Position numbers and translations under genes: made by a program. A stretch of DNA of 62,821 bases, counting the filler, from Nemertoderma westbladi (taxonomy: Eukaryota > Animalia > Xenacoelomorpha): the NCBI GenBank assembly GCA_032718475.1. It is 3 parts of 3 records of this genome, joined end to end, with 100 filler letters (N's around TTAATTAATTAA, not from the genome) between each part and the next. Parts side by side here need not be neighbours in the genome. Positions count along the whole stretch, not along the records: positions 1 to 27,942 come from JAUCBJ010004589.1; 2 more parts are not named here. The stretch is one strand, 5' to 3'. Within the stretch, counting starts at the first letter, position 1. Every line of letters starts with the position of its first letter. Below the pieces are notes generated by a model that had not been told where the DNA came from, searched no databases, and saw nothing but the letters and a program-made list of their open reading frames with translations. Positions 12,153 through 26,444 of the stretch are shown here, piece by piece.

Positions 12153-14949
12153 CTGTGCGGAAGGCAGTAGAAACACGCGATAGCGTCGTATAGATAAATG
12201 GTAAACGTAAATATAATGTTTGTGGCCTGACTTGTTTTCCAAAAAAAAAATGAATACCGGTAACTATTTATACAAACAGTCTGTTGTATATATTACTTAT
12301 ATTTATTTAATAAACAAATAAATAAAACACAATTTAATACAATAGCAATTGGAAAATACTAGTATTGTCGAGACGGTTTATATATTTTATTACATAAATA
12401 ATTATTTTGTTCTGTAAAGTTTTTTTATAGCGACTCTATAGTTTTGCGATCGCGGTTCTTAAGATTTTCAAATCTTTAATTTTTCAACACAGTTCAAACG
12501 AATTATAAACCCCTTATTGCTATTAGGTATTCGAAAAAGAAAAAATCTTGTGAATACTTCGACTTTGAGTTTCTCAAAAGTATACATTTCAGGTTCTACC
12601 TGGAAAACAAACAAAAGCCACATACACTACATTATACCGCAACCCGGAATAAGTTGTCTTAATTTAATGACACGACCCCACCATATTCTTACAAATTATG
12701 GTGGATACAAATTTTAATGGAATCAGATGGAATTTCAAACAGAGATAGTTTGACTTCCCAAATATTTATTGTGTTTATAAAAATAAGTGTGTTATTTGTT
12801 AATTAGAGCTTTGATTACGTCCTCGTTCCATTAATTAAGCGTTCAGAATGTCCATAAGTTAACATAATGTAACAAAGTTACAAACCGGTAAATCATTTTG
12901 TTAATTAAAGACACATATGTTTATATTTTGGGTGATTATATTCACAATTTCCTGGAATATAACGTCTTTATTTAGGTAACTGGACTCCCCAAATTTTTCT
13001 GCAGATCTTAATGATTTATTTTTGCTTTTATTCTTTAGCTACAATAAGATGTCTCCTCCGCCGATAAGTCGAACTGCCCCATTCGTTTGTACCATTTGGT
13101 GGTAGCAATGGAAACCTGTGCAATTGTAACTAAATAATAAAAAGTAAAATAATAATTCTGGCTCACCCATTAACTTTTGTTTATGTGGTGTAATCACATA
13201 TGATAGATGTTTATTTATAAATTAAAATACAAATTAAATAATATAATAATATAAAAAGATATTAAATATAATAATATTATATATATTATAAATTTAAAAT
13301 ATACTTAGCCAATAAATAGTATATGTGTGAAGTCAAACTATCTGCATTTCAAATTCTAGGATATATGAATTTGTGGTTGGGGTGAGGAGGGGTAGTATCT
13401 GAATTAAGACTTTTATGCCAAGACCTCTTTATTGAATGTTTACATTATGAGTTTTAGTTGTCAAAACAATCGTTATTAGTTCGCTAAAAAAAACTTTTCA
13501 GATCTATCAAAATTAATCAAAACAATGCAGAACTTACGTGTTTAACGGAGTAAAAATGTTTGACAAATATAAATATAGTAAATAAATAAGTAATTAACAG
13601 TATACATGAGTCATAGACTTGTCAGAAAACAGGAAGTTGGAAAATACAACAAATCACCACGATAATTTTATATTTAATAATATTGTAGACCGAAACCAAT
13701 TCACCGGTAAATGGCGGGGTCCTATCATGGTAGTCATTCTAATTTGTGTATAAGCCTATATTTGAATATAAAATATTCATTAATTGTGGCTGACCATTTC
13801 AGTAATTTATTTTTTTTACTTAAAAAAAAGGTATATAATATTTATCGTTAAAATTAAAATTAACATATTTAGGGAAATTTTGGCACAATATTATTTAAAA
13901 GCAGTCTTAAAAAATAGGTTTGCTCTTTGATTAATTCAAATTACCCGCTTTAATATGTGAATGGCATCGATGAAGAGGCAACGATGCATGGGCCAGTATG
14001 CATGCCTATATCATTAAAAATAGATCTGCTCTTGAACTTACTATACAGTAACACCTGTCTATAGGCAGACTGTATAATAGGAATCTGCATAATATTCAAT
14101 CTGATATGATGGCCCTGTAGAAAGATTACTGTCACGCCACAGTTTCACATACTCGGATTTTGGATTGGTTCTGTCTATGACAATGAGTTCCATTACATAT
14201 TCTCCATGTTATTATGTCTCAAAGGGCCGCTCTGTTATCGGGCGGACCTCGAGCGTTTGAAAGGTGAAAATAACGGGAAATAATTCTCTCTAAATTTCTG
14301 AGTTGCGGTGCAGTTCTGTCAGCAAACAGCAAAAAAGTTAAACATTGTTGAGGGATGATTTAAAAGTACGCAATGTCAATTATCTGTATCTAAAAGGGTG
14401 TAAATATCCCCGAAAACTAAAAAAACACATAAAAAGTGTGACTGCTAAATTTAGCAACGGCAGAAAGGACTCGATGACCGCGTATAATACGTATCTATAT
14501 TTCGGAAAATCCCGAAATAAAATAATCATTTATGCGATACATGTATTGTGCTGAATGAGAAACATACAGGTACATACATGTCTATACAGGCCTATGTAAG
14601 GTATAAAGATGTATTTATTCTGCATTCATTATAAGTAACTATTAATTGTTACTTATAATGAGTAACTCTTGAAGTTTGTAATAAAATACTGAGGCTCTGC
14701 TCTATTAGCAGTAGTGTCACTAAACCACCCAAAGAGCGACCTGTTGTTATCGACTTAGGGGGTGGCTGAACCAGGCTCGTTAAAATCAGGGCTGCTCTTT
14801 GTCGTTGACAACGACATCTTATAGCGGGAAATTTAAATTCTCCAGAAAACCTGTTTTTAAAGACTCTCATTATTATTGGGAATAACATTTATGCAAATTA
14901 ATGATGTTCAAAATTTTATACATTTAAGAGCCATTAAACTAATCGAGGA

Positions 14950-15136
14950 TGCTTGCAACAGAGTGCATGCAACATGGTGCATGCAACAGAGTGCATGCAA
15001 CATGGTGCATGCAACAGAGTGCATGCAACATGGTGCATGCAACAGAGTGCATGCAACATGGTGCATGCAACATGGTGTATGCAACATGGTGCATGCAACA
15101 TGGTGTATGCAACATTGTGCATGCAACATGGTGTAT
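14950..15136. repeat. 14-bp minisatellite TGCATGCAACA(GAG/TGG)
   Basis: About 13 copies. Generates six spurious Cys/His/Met-rich ORFs. Confidence 0.95.
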
Positions 15137-15801
15137 GAAACTTTGCAACATTTCGCGAAACTACTGTAGTCTCTGAAACAAAATTTGAATCGAATGAGGC
15201 GGTTCTACTAGGCCATAAAGAGTTAAATATTATGAGTTAGTTGTATGTGTATTATATTAGTAAGTTAGGAATTATTTTTGAAATTAAGAATTTCAATTGT
15301 TATATATTTTTTGCATTTAATTTTATCGCCCAGTTCTGGCCCGTTACGTTTGCGTTGAGTCCAAACTATTTTTCAAAATTGCACAGTGCAAGTTAATCAA
15401 CTAAATAAGCTTGAACAGACTATCTACATACCGGTACATAGTATGTAGAAATATTAAGTTATTCAGCTAAATTACATAGTAATAAAATCCGTATTAAATA
15501 ATTATGAAATAAATTATAAAATTATAGTTCCTAATAATGGAGTGGAATAGCCAGTCCATAAAATCCATCAACTACCTATAGTTGGAAAATATTACTGTAT
15601 TCAACAATAGCTACTTCTGCATATCCATATTTATATTATAATACATATCGGATCGCCATTTATGAAATCACAAAATTTATTTGAGATTCAAGATGTATTA
15701 TTGAACTTTCGATATAGAGATCTCTGTATAGCATTCAATGTTCGTGTATATTTTATATTGTGTGGTAGGCCTGGCCGAGTTTAAATTTATATACTTATGC
15801 G

Positions 15802-16287
15802 CCGGTGTACAAGGCTGAGATGACTCCCTCTTGAAATGACTCCCCAGTCATCTCAGCCTAGGCTGAGAACACTCATCAGTCGTCTCAGCCTAGGCTGAGA
15901 ACACTCATCAGTTGTCTCAGCCTAGGCTGAGAACACTCATCAGTCGTTTCAGCCTAGGCTGAGAACACTTCCCAGTTATCTCAGCCTAGGCTGCTAACAC
16001 TCCCCTTAGGCTGAGATGACTCCACTTAGGCTGAGATGACTCCCCTAATTGAGTTATAATTCATATCCGTACCTACCTGTGTTATTTTCGTATATTGCAA
16101 AAACAAAACTGTAATCTATGTTATTGAGATATCGTTTATTGTTTTGGTTAGAAAAGCCCGCCACTGTAACCTGCTCCTTTCCGTTAATTAAGAAATCTAG
16201 GGAGAAAACTGGGGAGTGTTCTCAGCCTAGGCTGAGAAGACTGGGGAGTAATATTTGGTGGGGAGTTATCTCAGCCTGTTTCACCGG
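15802..16287. mobile_element. MITE-like element with internal 32-bp palindromic tandem array
   Basis: Imperfect ~27-bp TIRs CCGGTG..AGGCTGAGAT.ACTCCC. Core TCTCAGCCTAGGCTGAGA at 15851, 15883, 15915, 15947 and 15979 (last two variant). No clear TSD. Confidence 0.7.
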
Positions 16288-16458
16288 TATCTAATATTTA
16301 AAATATCTCGTATATCATTATTGGATTCCAAGGGAGTGTAATTCTAATCAAACACTACGAAATTGTTATAAATCAGAAACTTATTCAAATTAAATCCAAT
16401 CTCATTGCACATATTATTCCAACGCCATTGCGATTTATCAAACAGATTGTTTAAACAA

Positions 16459-16572
16459 TTGTTATATACACAATCAAGTACATTGTTATTAACGTGTTGT
16501 TATATACACAATCAAGTACATTGTTATTAACGTGTTGTTATATACACAATCAAGTACATTGTTATTAACGTG
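16459..16572. repeat. 38-bp tandem repeat, 3 copies
   Basis: TTGTTATATACACAATCAAGTACATTGTTATTAACGTG repeated. Confidence 0.95.
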
Positions 16573-17349
16573 ACTTTACAGACGTAAAAATAAGTTGAGT
16601 CGTTAGTGTCAGCGGAGAACATTTTAGCCTTTTCCTCCCTGGGATATTGCACAAGATCACTAGAGTCACCACTGGCATTGTCAATGAGTTCATCATTTTC
16701 CTCAACCTCGCTACCCTCTTTATCATTGATTGTAATAGGAACCGTACCTGCTGGTTTCTCGCTATCTGTATCTCCAATCGGCTGAACGCCCACCGAACTC
16801 GGCTGAACGCCCATCGGACAGTACTCCAACGCCCGTTTAACGAACTCCGCCACCACCGCCATACACTTTGTGTTGCGTCCACCTCCTTCGTTTCCCATTG
16901 GCTCAACGTCTTTATAAAACGACGAATCCCTATAAAATTAATTAAGTTAAATATTAATTCAAAATGAAAAAAGGGGGTCTGGACCACTAGACAACAGATT
17001 AGGCCTACTTAATAATTTATACAACCTATTGAATGTTAAAACATGAATGTTCAATTTGTGTAATTATTGAACAAGAAAATAATAAATAAATGAGTTTACT
17101 TAATTGTGTATTGTCGGCGGTAGTATATGCATGTTAGAATTAGAACCGGGGAGGGGGGGGGGGGGGGGGGGGTGTGTGTTACACGGCCCGGTCCAATATA
17201 ACTACGTTACAACCCCGTACTCTTACTTAGGTACTACTGCTTTTCCGGTTACTTAATAAAATAAATAGGAGGCCTACTTATAAGAATGTGAGGAATATCC
17301 ACAGTATATCCATAGCCGGTGGCGAAGCAATGTCTTACGTTACGTGTCT

Positions 17350-17725
17350 TACTTTTAGAGCAACTTTCTCGGCAACTAACAACTTTTTTTAGAGCAACTT
17401 AATTTAATCGCTGTTTACACGTGGCAACTTTACCAGCAACTTTACCAGCAACTTGGCCGGCAACTTTTATAGCAACTTGGCTAGTTTGACTGTAAAATAG
17501 TGGGTCATTTTATCTACTAACTAGTTTTTGATAATTAAATCTGATTATCCCGCTTTAATTCGCCAACGCAAATTCCTTCAAGTTGCCGTAAAATTTGAAC
17601 AACTTTTAAGTCAACTTTTTTTCAGCAACTTACGTGTTTACACGGAGCAACTTGATCGGCAACCTGGGTTGCTCTACAAGTTGCCGAGAAAGTTGATCTA
17701 AAAGTTGCCACGTGTAAAGAGGCCT
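17350..17725. mobile_element. PIF/Harbinger-like MITE, left tip lost
   Basis: CTTTTAGAGCAACTTTCTCGGCAACT is inverted relative to AGTTGCCGAGAAAGTTGATCTAAAAG. Right end reads CCACGTGTAAAGAGGCC. Many internal GCAACTT repeats. Confidence 0.6.
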
Positions 17726-18552
17726 TTATCGTTATTTCAATTATATTATTTTTACTTAAGTTTCAGTGTTTGTTGACCGTCTTTCAGTTTTCAGTTGTAG
17801 ATGTATTCTCATATGTAGATGTCTCTACAGTGGGTGATTCAGGCCAATTTGAATACCTTTATTTTCCTAATATTTAATGTTTCTAACCGACGTCGAGCGT
17901 GGCGTGAGCATAATTAATCAAAAATGTCTCCAGGCGGAGAGATTTATTTTCATACATTACTAATGTAATTAAATTCACTTTAAAAAATCATATGTGAAAA
18001 AATTAACCGTAAAAAAATATTGGCAAATGCAACACAGTACAACTTCACTCTGGGCGACGTTAATTTGGATCAACTTGATTAATTTATAGATTATGTTTCA
18101 AAATCTTGCTATTCTGGAATTCCAAGGCTGGAGCTGTATGGAGTCGCTGAATATTAGTTGATAGAGAAGGCAAGGAAACATTTGGTTGATGTCTGTTTTC
18201 GAAGAAATAGTTGAGAATACGGAGAAAGATGGAGAACTCTCAATCGAGGAAGTGATTATGTGCGATGTTAATGATCAAGGTCCCTCGCACAATGCTAGAC
18301 TTCTTATTTTCCCTATATGTTCGAGAGGGAGACCACGGAACGAATCTATTTGCTTTTTAAGTGTCAACTTCAAGATGATTACAATGAAAGTGAGATTATT
18401 GACAGAGAGAAACATTTAAATGACAATTCCCTCAATTAATGACGAGTCGAAACAGCGAAGGCTTCATTCTGACACACGATTGGATTCCCATTGAACGATA
18501 GGTATTTGTTGTACCGAATGCCGAATTGTTTTACAAAACTTTGAAGGAAGTC

Positions 18553-21365
18553 CTTGCGTCAGCAGATGATAGTGGCAATGGTGAAATTGGTATATTGATG
18601 AATCCAACTGCACATGCAGCATTGGACAAAATAGACCAAATCTCTAACCGCATCATCCGTTGCCACTTCTCACGTTCTGGAAGACTGGCTAAGAAGTTTC
18701 CTAAGGTGGTTTTGATTGTGTGCTACTCTCCAACTAGTGTTGCCCCTGTAGAGGAGGTGGAAAATTTCTACTGCAATCTACAAGCAGCTACTGATGGAGT
18801 GGATCAGCATGCATTCTTAACATTCCTGGGAGACTTTAATGCAAGTCTGCATCAATCAACTACATCGCCCTGGGTCTATAGCAATAGTGTTAACCGAAAT
18901 ACCGTCCATCTTCAGGATTTTATCTCTGGAAATGGATTGTTTTCGGCTGGAACCCAGTTCAAGAAGCAAACTGGAAAGCTATGGACTCATAGTGGACCCA
19001 GTGATCACAAGTCCCAGATAGACAATATTCTGATTCGTAGGAAATACAGGAGCTCTATACAAGACTATAATGCATTTACACTTCGACCCTTCTTCAATGA
19101 TCACCGCCTTATTTTAGCCAAGGTAAGACTTAGTCTGCGTGCTAGCACAACAACGAAATCTGCCTTGCTGCGGCATTGACTGGTCCTCTCTGTTGCAACC
19201 GCCAAGTGTGAGATCCAGCTTCACACTACAACTGAGCAACAGGTTTGAGGTTCTTGCCTCTGTGGCGGCAGATCACTGCGAGGGCTATACTGCCTTAACA
19301 GAAGCAGTTAAGTTAGAAGCTACAGAAACAATTCCTGTATACCCTCGAAACAGGAAAAGGGCCCCCTGGACTGAATTTAAAAGGGAATCCAAAAGTTATC
19401 CAAAATTCAGAAGTGACGAAATCACCTCTATAAGGCACAGAAAGAGTCCCGACTCGAACAGACTACAGCGGCCAAGAATGCAGTTAAGGCTGCATCTAGG
19501 TCCCTGAACAGGCAGTACTCTGTTACTCTACAGGAGCTAATAAACCAACAGGTTTATGCCATCAATGATGCTGACGACAGCAGGCAATCATCCCAGGCAT
19601 GGAAATCGATCAACTTGCTTACTGGGTGGAAAAGCCAACCAACCACCAAGGTTGTCGCCTCAATGGTTGGAAGGCCCACTTTGAAAAGCTCCTCAATAAT
19701 GACAGGGTATTGCCTGATAAATTTATAGAAGTAAAAGTGTCTGAGTCTGTACTCCCAGATATTCCCATTAGCGATATCTCCTTTGCAAAAGTGAAGGCTG
19801 CTGCAAAGAGCATTAAGACCAATCGTGCTAGTGGAGTAGGTGGTGTTCCCCCTGAGGTCTTTAAAATACCTGAGTGTTTAAAGCTCATCTATCCCATCAG
19901 AGGAGACATGTACCGAATAACAAGAGTCCCACAAGAAATGAAAACAAATAATTTGGTGCCAGTTCCCAAGAAGGGCAAACTAAGCCTCTATGGTTCTTTT
20001 CGGGGAATCTCATTTATCTCGATTGCTGCAAAGCTATACAATAGAATTCTATTAAATCGCATCAGGGATCCCATTGAGAGACTGCTCCGTGGAAATCAGA
20101 ATGGGTTCCGTAAAGGTCGTGGGACCATGGAGCCCATTTAGGCACTTAGAAGGATAATTGAAGAGTTATCAAAAAAGAAAGACAGGCATCTGGCTGTTAT
20201 CTTTGATGACTTCTTCAAGGCCTTTGATTCAGTCTCTCGCTCACGTATGTTCAGCATACTTTCATTATATGGGATTCCTGATGAAATTATTGCAGCAATC
20301 AGATCAGTATACGATGGTTCGACAACATTTGTGTCTACTGTTGACGGTGACACAGAACCATTTGAAGTGTTATGGGGCGTCCTCCAGGGAGACACACTTG
20401 CACCATTCTTGTTCATAATTGTTGTTGACTATGTTCTACGCATGTCCTTAGATCATTATAATGATGATGGGGTGATGATAACTCCACCTACTGGCTCCAG
20501 AAGTCGAGGAAATCCTGCCAAGTACCTAACTGATCTAGACTTTGCTGATGACTTAGGAGTACTCTCAGAATCACTAGAGGGAGCCCAACGGCTCCTCAGC
20601 TCATTAGAACATGCTGCTTCTAGTGTTGGTCTTTTTATTAACTCCAGAAAGACCAAAATTTTGACAGTTAACTTTGAAAGTCCTCAGCAAGTCTCTGATC
20701 GGATGAGCATAAGCTCAAAGGATGGTATGCTTGAGCATGTGGATGACTTCTGTTACCTGGGATCATGGATCCGGAAGTCAGGTGAGGACCTTCGAATACG
20801 TAAGGGAAAGGCATGGGCAGCCTTGAATAGGCTTTCCAGGATTTGGAAGTCACCAAGAATTAATCGGAAACTTAAGGTCCGATTATTTAGAGCAGCAGTA
20901 GTTCCAGTACTCCTCTATGGGAGTCCATGCTGGGCTCTAACTGCTGAGGACACCAAATCTCTGGATGGCACATTCACAAGAATGCTACGCCGGGTTCATT
21001 GTGTCAAGTACAATGCACACATCTCCAACCAGACACTATATAACATTGGAGGTGTCTCATTGGTTCCCCCAAGCTTGACACTAGAACAAAATCGCCTCCG
21101 CTTTGCAGGACATTGCTTTCGCCGTGAGGACCAGCCAGTGCATAATCTTGTACTTTGGCAGCCTCATGGAGTGAATAAGCATGGTGGACAGCCCATGACT
21201 TTCTTGAGACGCATCTTAAAGGACACTGGCCTTGAAGATGCGGATGATCTAGCAAATGTCATGGGTGATAGGGAGTTGTGGCGGCGCAATTTTGTCGACA
21301 AGCCGGCACAGCATTCTTAAAAATGCAGCTGCAATGCAGCATGCCGATCCTAGTAGTAGTAGTAG
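18553..21365 (+). mobile_element. RTE-clade LINE, 5'-truncated, APE endonuclease + RT with frameshifts and stops
   Basis: CYSPT, LGDFNA, SQIDNIL, DHRL (endonuclease); NQNGFR, GVLQGDTLAPFLF, LDFADD, FCYLGS, LRFAGHC (RT). (TAG)n tail. 11-bp TSD TGAAGGAAGTC at 18542-18552 and 21366-21376. Confidence 0.95.
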
Positions 21366-21438
21366 TGAAGGAAGTCATGCTAGGTTCCATGGGATTTGGT
21401 CTTAATTAAACGGTTTAATTAATTACCCTGAAAATCAT

Positions 21439-21597
21439 TACTTTGCTTTCATTGTGTGTACAGTACGTTATGTTTTATACTTTGTTTTCATTGTGTGTAC
21501 AGTACGTTATGTTTTATACTTTGTTTTCATTGTGTGTACAGTACGTTATGTTTTATACTTTGTTTTCATTGTGTGTACAGTACCTTATGTTTTATAA
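21439..21597. repeat. 39-bp tandem repeat, 4 copies
   Basis: TACTTTGTTTTCATTGTGTGTACAGTACGTTATGTTTTA repeated. Confidence 0.95.
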
Positions 21598-22039
21598 TTT
21601 GTTGAATTTCAATTGAATTTGGTTTAATAGCAACTCATTGAATGTCCTGTACTGCGAAATTTAGAACAATTTCAACCGATTATATTTGTCTTTAAGCATT
21701 GGGGTGGGGGTCCAGTATTCCGAATACATTTTCATTATATTATAATGAAAAAAATTGGGTCAAAATAACAGACAGAGAAGTATTCGTGGGTGGGACTTTG
21801 CGAAAGTAAGTTTTATTTAAACCAGTGTTTACTCCCGCTATAGGGCTAAGTGACTGAAAGGGAATACTATCTCCCTTTTCCAAGTGGGATTTTACGAAAG
21901 CAAGCGAGTTTAGCATACGGGTACCACTAACTCCATCGCTGTGTTTTTAGATCTGTCGTTCTGTAGGTCCGTGTTTTTAAACGTTAATAACTAAGATATA
22001 TAGTGTCTACTATATATATAGTGAGCCAATAGTGCAACA

Positions 22040-22481
22040 TCGGCGTCTATCTTTGGTAGATATTCACAAAATGATTGAACAATTTCAATATTCATTATCA
22101 TTATGTAAATAGTTCGGTACGTCAATGATCATGATGTCTGACTTCCCTCCCGGTGGTGATAGGAGACTACTGTTCCGAATTCAATGGCTGTTCCATTTAA
22201 TATTTAATATTGTCTAACTCCTGTTGTAAGTAATTTAAATAAACGAAGCGAACAAATTCAATGCAAAGACTGCTAAACAATACATATAATTCTAAACATA
22301 TAAAGTGGTCAATCCAGTGAGCCATAACGAGAATGTGAAATTTTGACCACCAGGCTTCGATTTGCTGATTCCTTGTACTCTTTTCATACACATATACAGC
22401 GTTGTTCATAGCGTGATCATCAATTTCTCCACTACCAATCGAGGAACATAAAGTTTGTATTTGACTCTTTTGTACCTGCAT
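22040..22481 (-). pseudogene. IS3EU-like integrase C-terminal fragment
   Basis: YVYEKSTRNQQIEAWWSKF...WIDHF..L...RFVYLNYLQQELD fits the GxSxxNQRIExWW region of the same transposase family as 28-1015. Confidence 0.7.
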
Positions 22482-23769
22482 GTATCCTGCCGCAATACCG
22501 CCGAGTTCCTGTTAATTCTTTATAGAGTCTATGACATTGTTAATTTTATTTCCATAAAACCGCCTCACCAGGTGTAGCCTCAGAGGCGTAACTATAGGGG
22601 GCGTAGGTGTTACTTGACCCAGGGCGCCAACCGAAAGGGGTGCCAAAATGGCGTTTTTGAGTTGTTATAATTTGCATTCGTCGATCAAAATTTACTAAAA
22701 CAAAATTAGCATCTAAAATTCATAAGAACAAAGTTCTCTTGGAACAAAATTAGCATCTATTGGGAGAAAATTTGCATCTATTAGAACAAAATTTGCATCC
22801 ATTGGAACAAAGTACGCAGAATTGAATAGCTGTCATTGAAATGAAATATACTAAAGTTCGTGGCATCCTACATCCATCTATGTACCTGACTTGTGTTTTA
22901 TTATTATTTGTTGTTGAGAGCTGTTTTCTCCCTCCATAATCCCCATCCAATTTGCTTGGGAGTAAGTAATCCATTGTCATTACAGGTACCGAAGCTCCAT
23001 ATATTATAAATTGAATAGGCAGCAACGTCGCCCACAATTTAGGCTTAATGTCACTCAAAGGGACCATTTCCAGATCTTAATTTATTTCATATTATCAATT
23101 AAGTAAGGAGTTTGACACACCTGGGGACCAGATTATATTACAGTGCAGCTTGATTTTAATCTTGAATATACTATAATATACAGTCGACCTTCACGGGACA
23201 ATAAAAATCCGACGCGCGTCGCAGAAACACGAGAAAACCATTTTGGATCGGATAGATTTAGCTATGCCTTTAATACGAATTTGATTGTACAACTTACGGT
23301 GAACATTTGAGTGAGTCGCAATGCTTTGATTCGGCCAAACTTAGTTCGTTGCAACTCTTATGGGTGGTGATTAGCTCTCGCGTGCGAAATCGCATACCAT
23401 CCCCACAGGATGCTGTGCAGTCAGACCATCCAGACCATTCTGTTATCAAACACTTCACTTCGTTCTAGAATGCAATAAAATATTCAAAAGTTAAAGTTAA
23501 TTAAATATATTTATACATATTGATATTAAACTTTAGATTATACTATAATTGTTCTATATAATTAATACAATAGTATAACACATTGAATTACATTAGTTCA
23601 GGTATCGTTTTGACTGAAGGGAAAACAGCTCCGTTCTCTATTCCAATTTTGCAGAGAGAATGTAGAAAGGCACAGGATCCTTGAAGAACCGTAAAGTTCA
23701 TATAATTCATACCCCTTGTGTGGGAGGCCCCAAGGAGATTTATAGAGTCAATGAGTACATCGACTCAAA

Positions 23770-24360
23770 GAGTATAACAGGTCATAGAGTACAAAAATGG
23801 AAAAAAGGGTACAATAGGACAAAGTGAACAACAGCCATGTCAAAGGGTTCAAAAACCACATCAAAGGGTACAAATGTTATAAAAAGGGTACAACAAGTCG
23901 AAGGGTACAACATCCGTACCAAAGGGCACAAAAACACGCCAAAGTACATTTTATACAGTACCCAGGAGCCAGGCGCAGAATTTGGGATTATCCTGTTTCG
24001 GGGCATCTAAAATCACGCAGGTTAGTAAAGGAGCAGGTTACAGAGGCGAGTTCAAAGGAACCAAAAGAATAAACATGAGTTACGAATGTTGTAGAATAGA
24101 AAACCAAATTTAAAACCAAATTTAATTGAGAATTAACAGGCAGATGTATAGACCTACCGGAACTCTGAAAAGGCGTTTTGTACCCTTCGACTCGTTGTAA
24201 ACCCTTTGATGTTGTATACTTTGACTAGTTTCGTTTATACCCTTTGAAGTCCTGTTTTGTACCCTTTGACCGCCCGGTTTGTATGTACCCTTTGTCTCGT
24301 TGTACACTTTCATTTTGTACCCTTTGACTCATTTTGTTCCCTTTGACTCGTTGTACACAT
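23770..24360. repeat. Foldback-like region of short degenerate repeats in opposite orientations
   Basis: AAAGGGTACAA motifs at 23780-23930 face TTGTACCCTTT motifs at 24170-24350. Confidence 0.55.
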
Positions 24361-26248
24361 TGGCCGTTATACCCATTCACCGAAACCTCCCCAAGGCTTA
24401 GTTTGCCTATTCGCAAATCCTGCGGCACATGGTGACACAGTTACCAAGACGGGTATGAGATTTCCTAGCGTTAAACACAGACATTCGGGTACCTATTCTT
24501 CTTAACAGGACGCCCGGAGGTCAACAATGATTTCCTATATGGCTGCCACTACCCGGCATCCCCTCCACCTAACAACTCGTCCCTCAGCTAAAGCGGCTTT
24601 TGAATAAATATGGCCAACAAAACAGTCCTTTCCAGTACTCTTTTTTCTCATTATTACTACCGTACAATAATATATTAAAAAATACTAATGGATTGGACAG
24701 ACCACTCACCAATACGATTGGTTGATTTCTGTATCCGATAGTGGTAGCCAATGGTTTATCCTCTTTGCCAATCACCCTATTATTTAGATCCTTCTCGGTA
24801 TTGTTAGGTATGGCTTCATCTACAAAATATTTCATTATTTCGCATGAAATGAAACAAATATTTGACAAACAAAATGGATTTGTAATATAATATATATAAT
24901 ACTTTAATTCTAAATGCCAATATTCTACAATATCCCCCATCCCCACCCACTTACCAAAATATGGTGTATATATATACATATATATATTATATATTTATTA
25001 TCGATATGAAGATTACGACAAAAATAAATCATTACCAATTTCTTAAACGCACTAAAATAATAATAATAAACATACACTATTTAATTCTACTAAACTTACT
25101 ACTCCATATCCTAAAATTATTCGAACACCTTAATAAGTTCTGTAATAAAATTGGCCAATAGAAAGACACCGTTGTCGTTTATAAACTGGTTTATCGTGCT
25201 AAGTACAGATGTCGTGTATTGGCATGTACAATGACATTTAACCTTTTAGTTGGACCACGGTTGTTTCGGTGTTACAATCCTGTGTCTCTTTCACATTGTC
25301 CCTCCGCAGCACAACATAGGCGAAAGGGACAGAATTATCGGGTATGTCCCTGGAATCGACGGGCCCTATACGATGTCTGTAGTGAGTTGGGCTATTAGCC
25401 GCCTGGAACAGGAATTATATTGGATAAATCATATTTATATTATAATATGGCCGAATGTTAAAAAATATTCACAATAATTATTTATAACAGTTTATCAGTT
25501 TACTAATATCGGTTTATGATATTGAACATAAAGTAACATGCGTTGAATCGTACCGAGTATATAAAATAATTATAAATATGTAACAATACAAAAACCAAGG
25601 TAACAGCATTATAAATTAATTATAGTTATTATTAATTACAGCTTTATTTATTATAAATAAAGCAACTCACAAGGTATGTATCGCCATCATCCGTTCCAGC
25701 GTCCATCAGTCGCAGTTCTATCTCACTCTTTTTCTTCCAACTACAATCTTTGGAACACAGATTGAAGTTGCTTAGTCCAACAAACCTAGTGAAAATATGA
25801 TAATATGGAAGTAATGTATAATAACTTATGTATAATATCCCTACGGAAATGTAGCCACAACTTTATCGCTCAACGATATACATTTCAATAGTTAGGTTAT
25901 ATGAATAATAGCGACAATAATAACATAATGATACAATAATGTGAACCAGCAGGTCATGATTAGCAAAATCATGCCTTACAGATTATTTAAGCTTCATTTT
26001 CTCTCTGTGAAATTGTGAAGGACTAATCTGATTTTCTAATCAGAAATAGAACACGACATGATAGCATAAGGAGGAATAACTTGTGTAGTCGCGACACGTA
26101 TGCGCTTGATATAAAGTAGGGGGGGGGGGGGGATCATTTGGTAATATATTGTGGTTGTTCTTAGTGCGCGACCTCAATATTTTCTTCTTTGCTACGTAAT
26201 CGCATAATTCTGCGTGTTCGATTGGGCTGTACCAGTAGTGTACCGTAA

Positions 26249-26444
26249 GGCCGCGTTCACACTACCGAGTCAAAGTCAAAGTCAAAAGACAAAATGTAAA
26301 AAAAATAACAAGAAATTAATTTTTTTCTAGGAAGCCATTATGTATTATATTAGGCCTATATAAAGTATTATTATTTATTATTGCTAGCTAGCTATATTTA
26401 TTTTCTTTTGACTTTGACTTTGACTCGGTAGTGTGAACGCGGCC
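26249..26444. mobile_element. 196-bp MITE (Harbinger/Tourist-like ends)
   Basis: 40-bp perfect TIR GGCCGCGTTCACACTACCGAGTCAAAGTCAAAGTCAAAAG with an AT-rich centre. TSD not clean. Confidence 0.85.

Noticed and set aside
14876-15176. Cys/His-rich metal-binding proteins
   Set aside because: Translations of a 14-bp minisatellite that is open in all frames.
15851-16040. CRISPR-like palindromic repeats
   Set aside because: The 14-bp spacers are near-identical; this is a tandem array within a MITE.
16527-16987. Overlapping 106-140-aa ORFs
   Set aside because: No recognisable motif; cannot choose a frame or link them to the TSP1 gene.
24584-24979. 131-aa ORF
   Set aside because: No recognisable homology; AT-rich and likely spurious.
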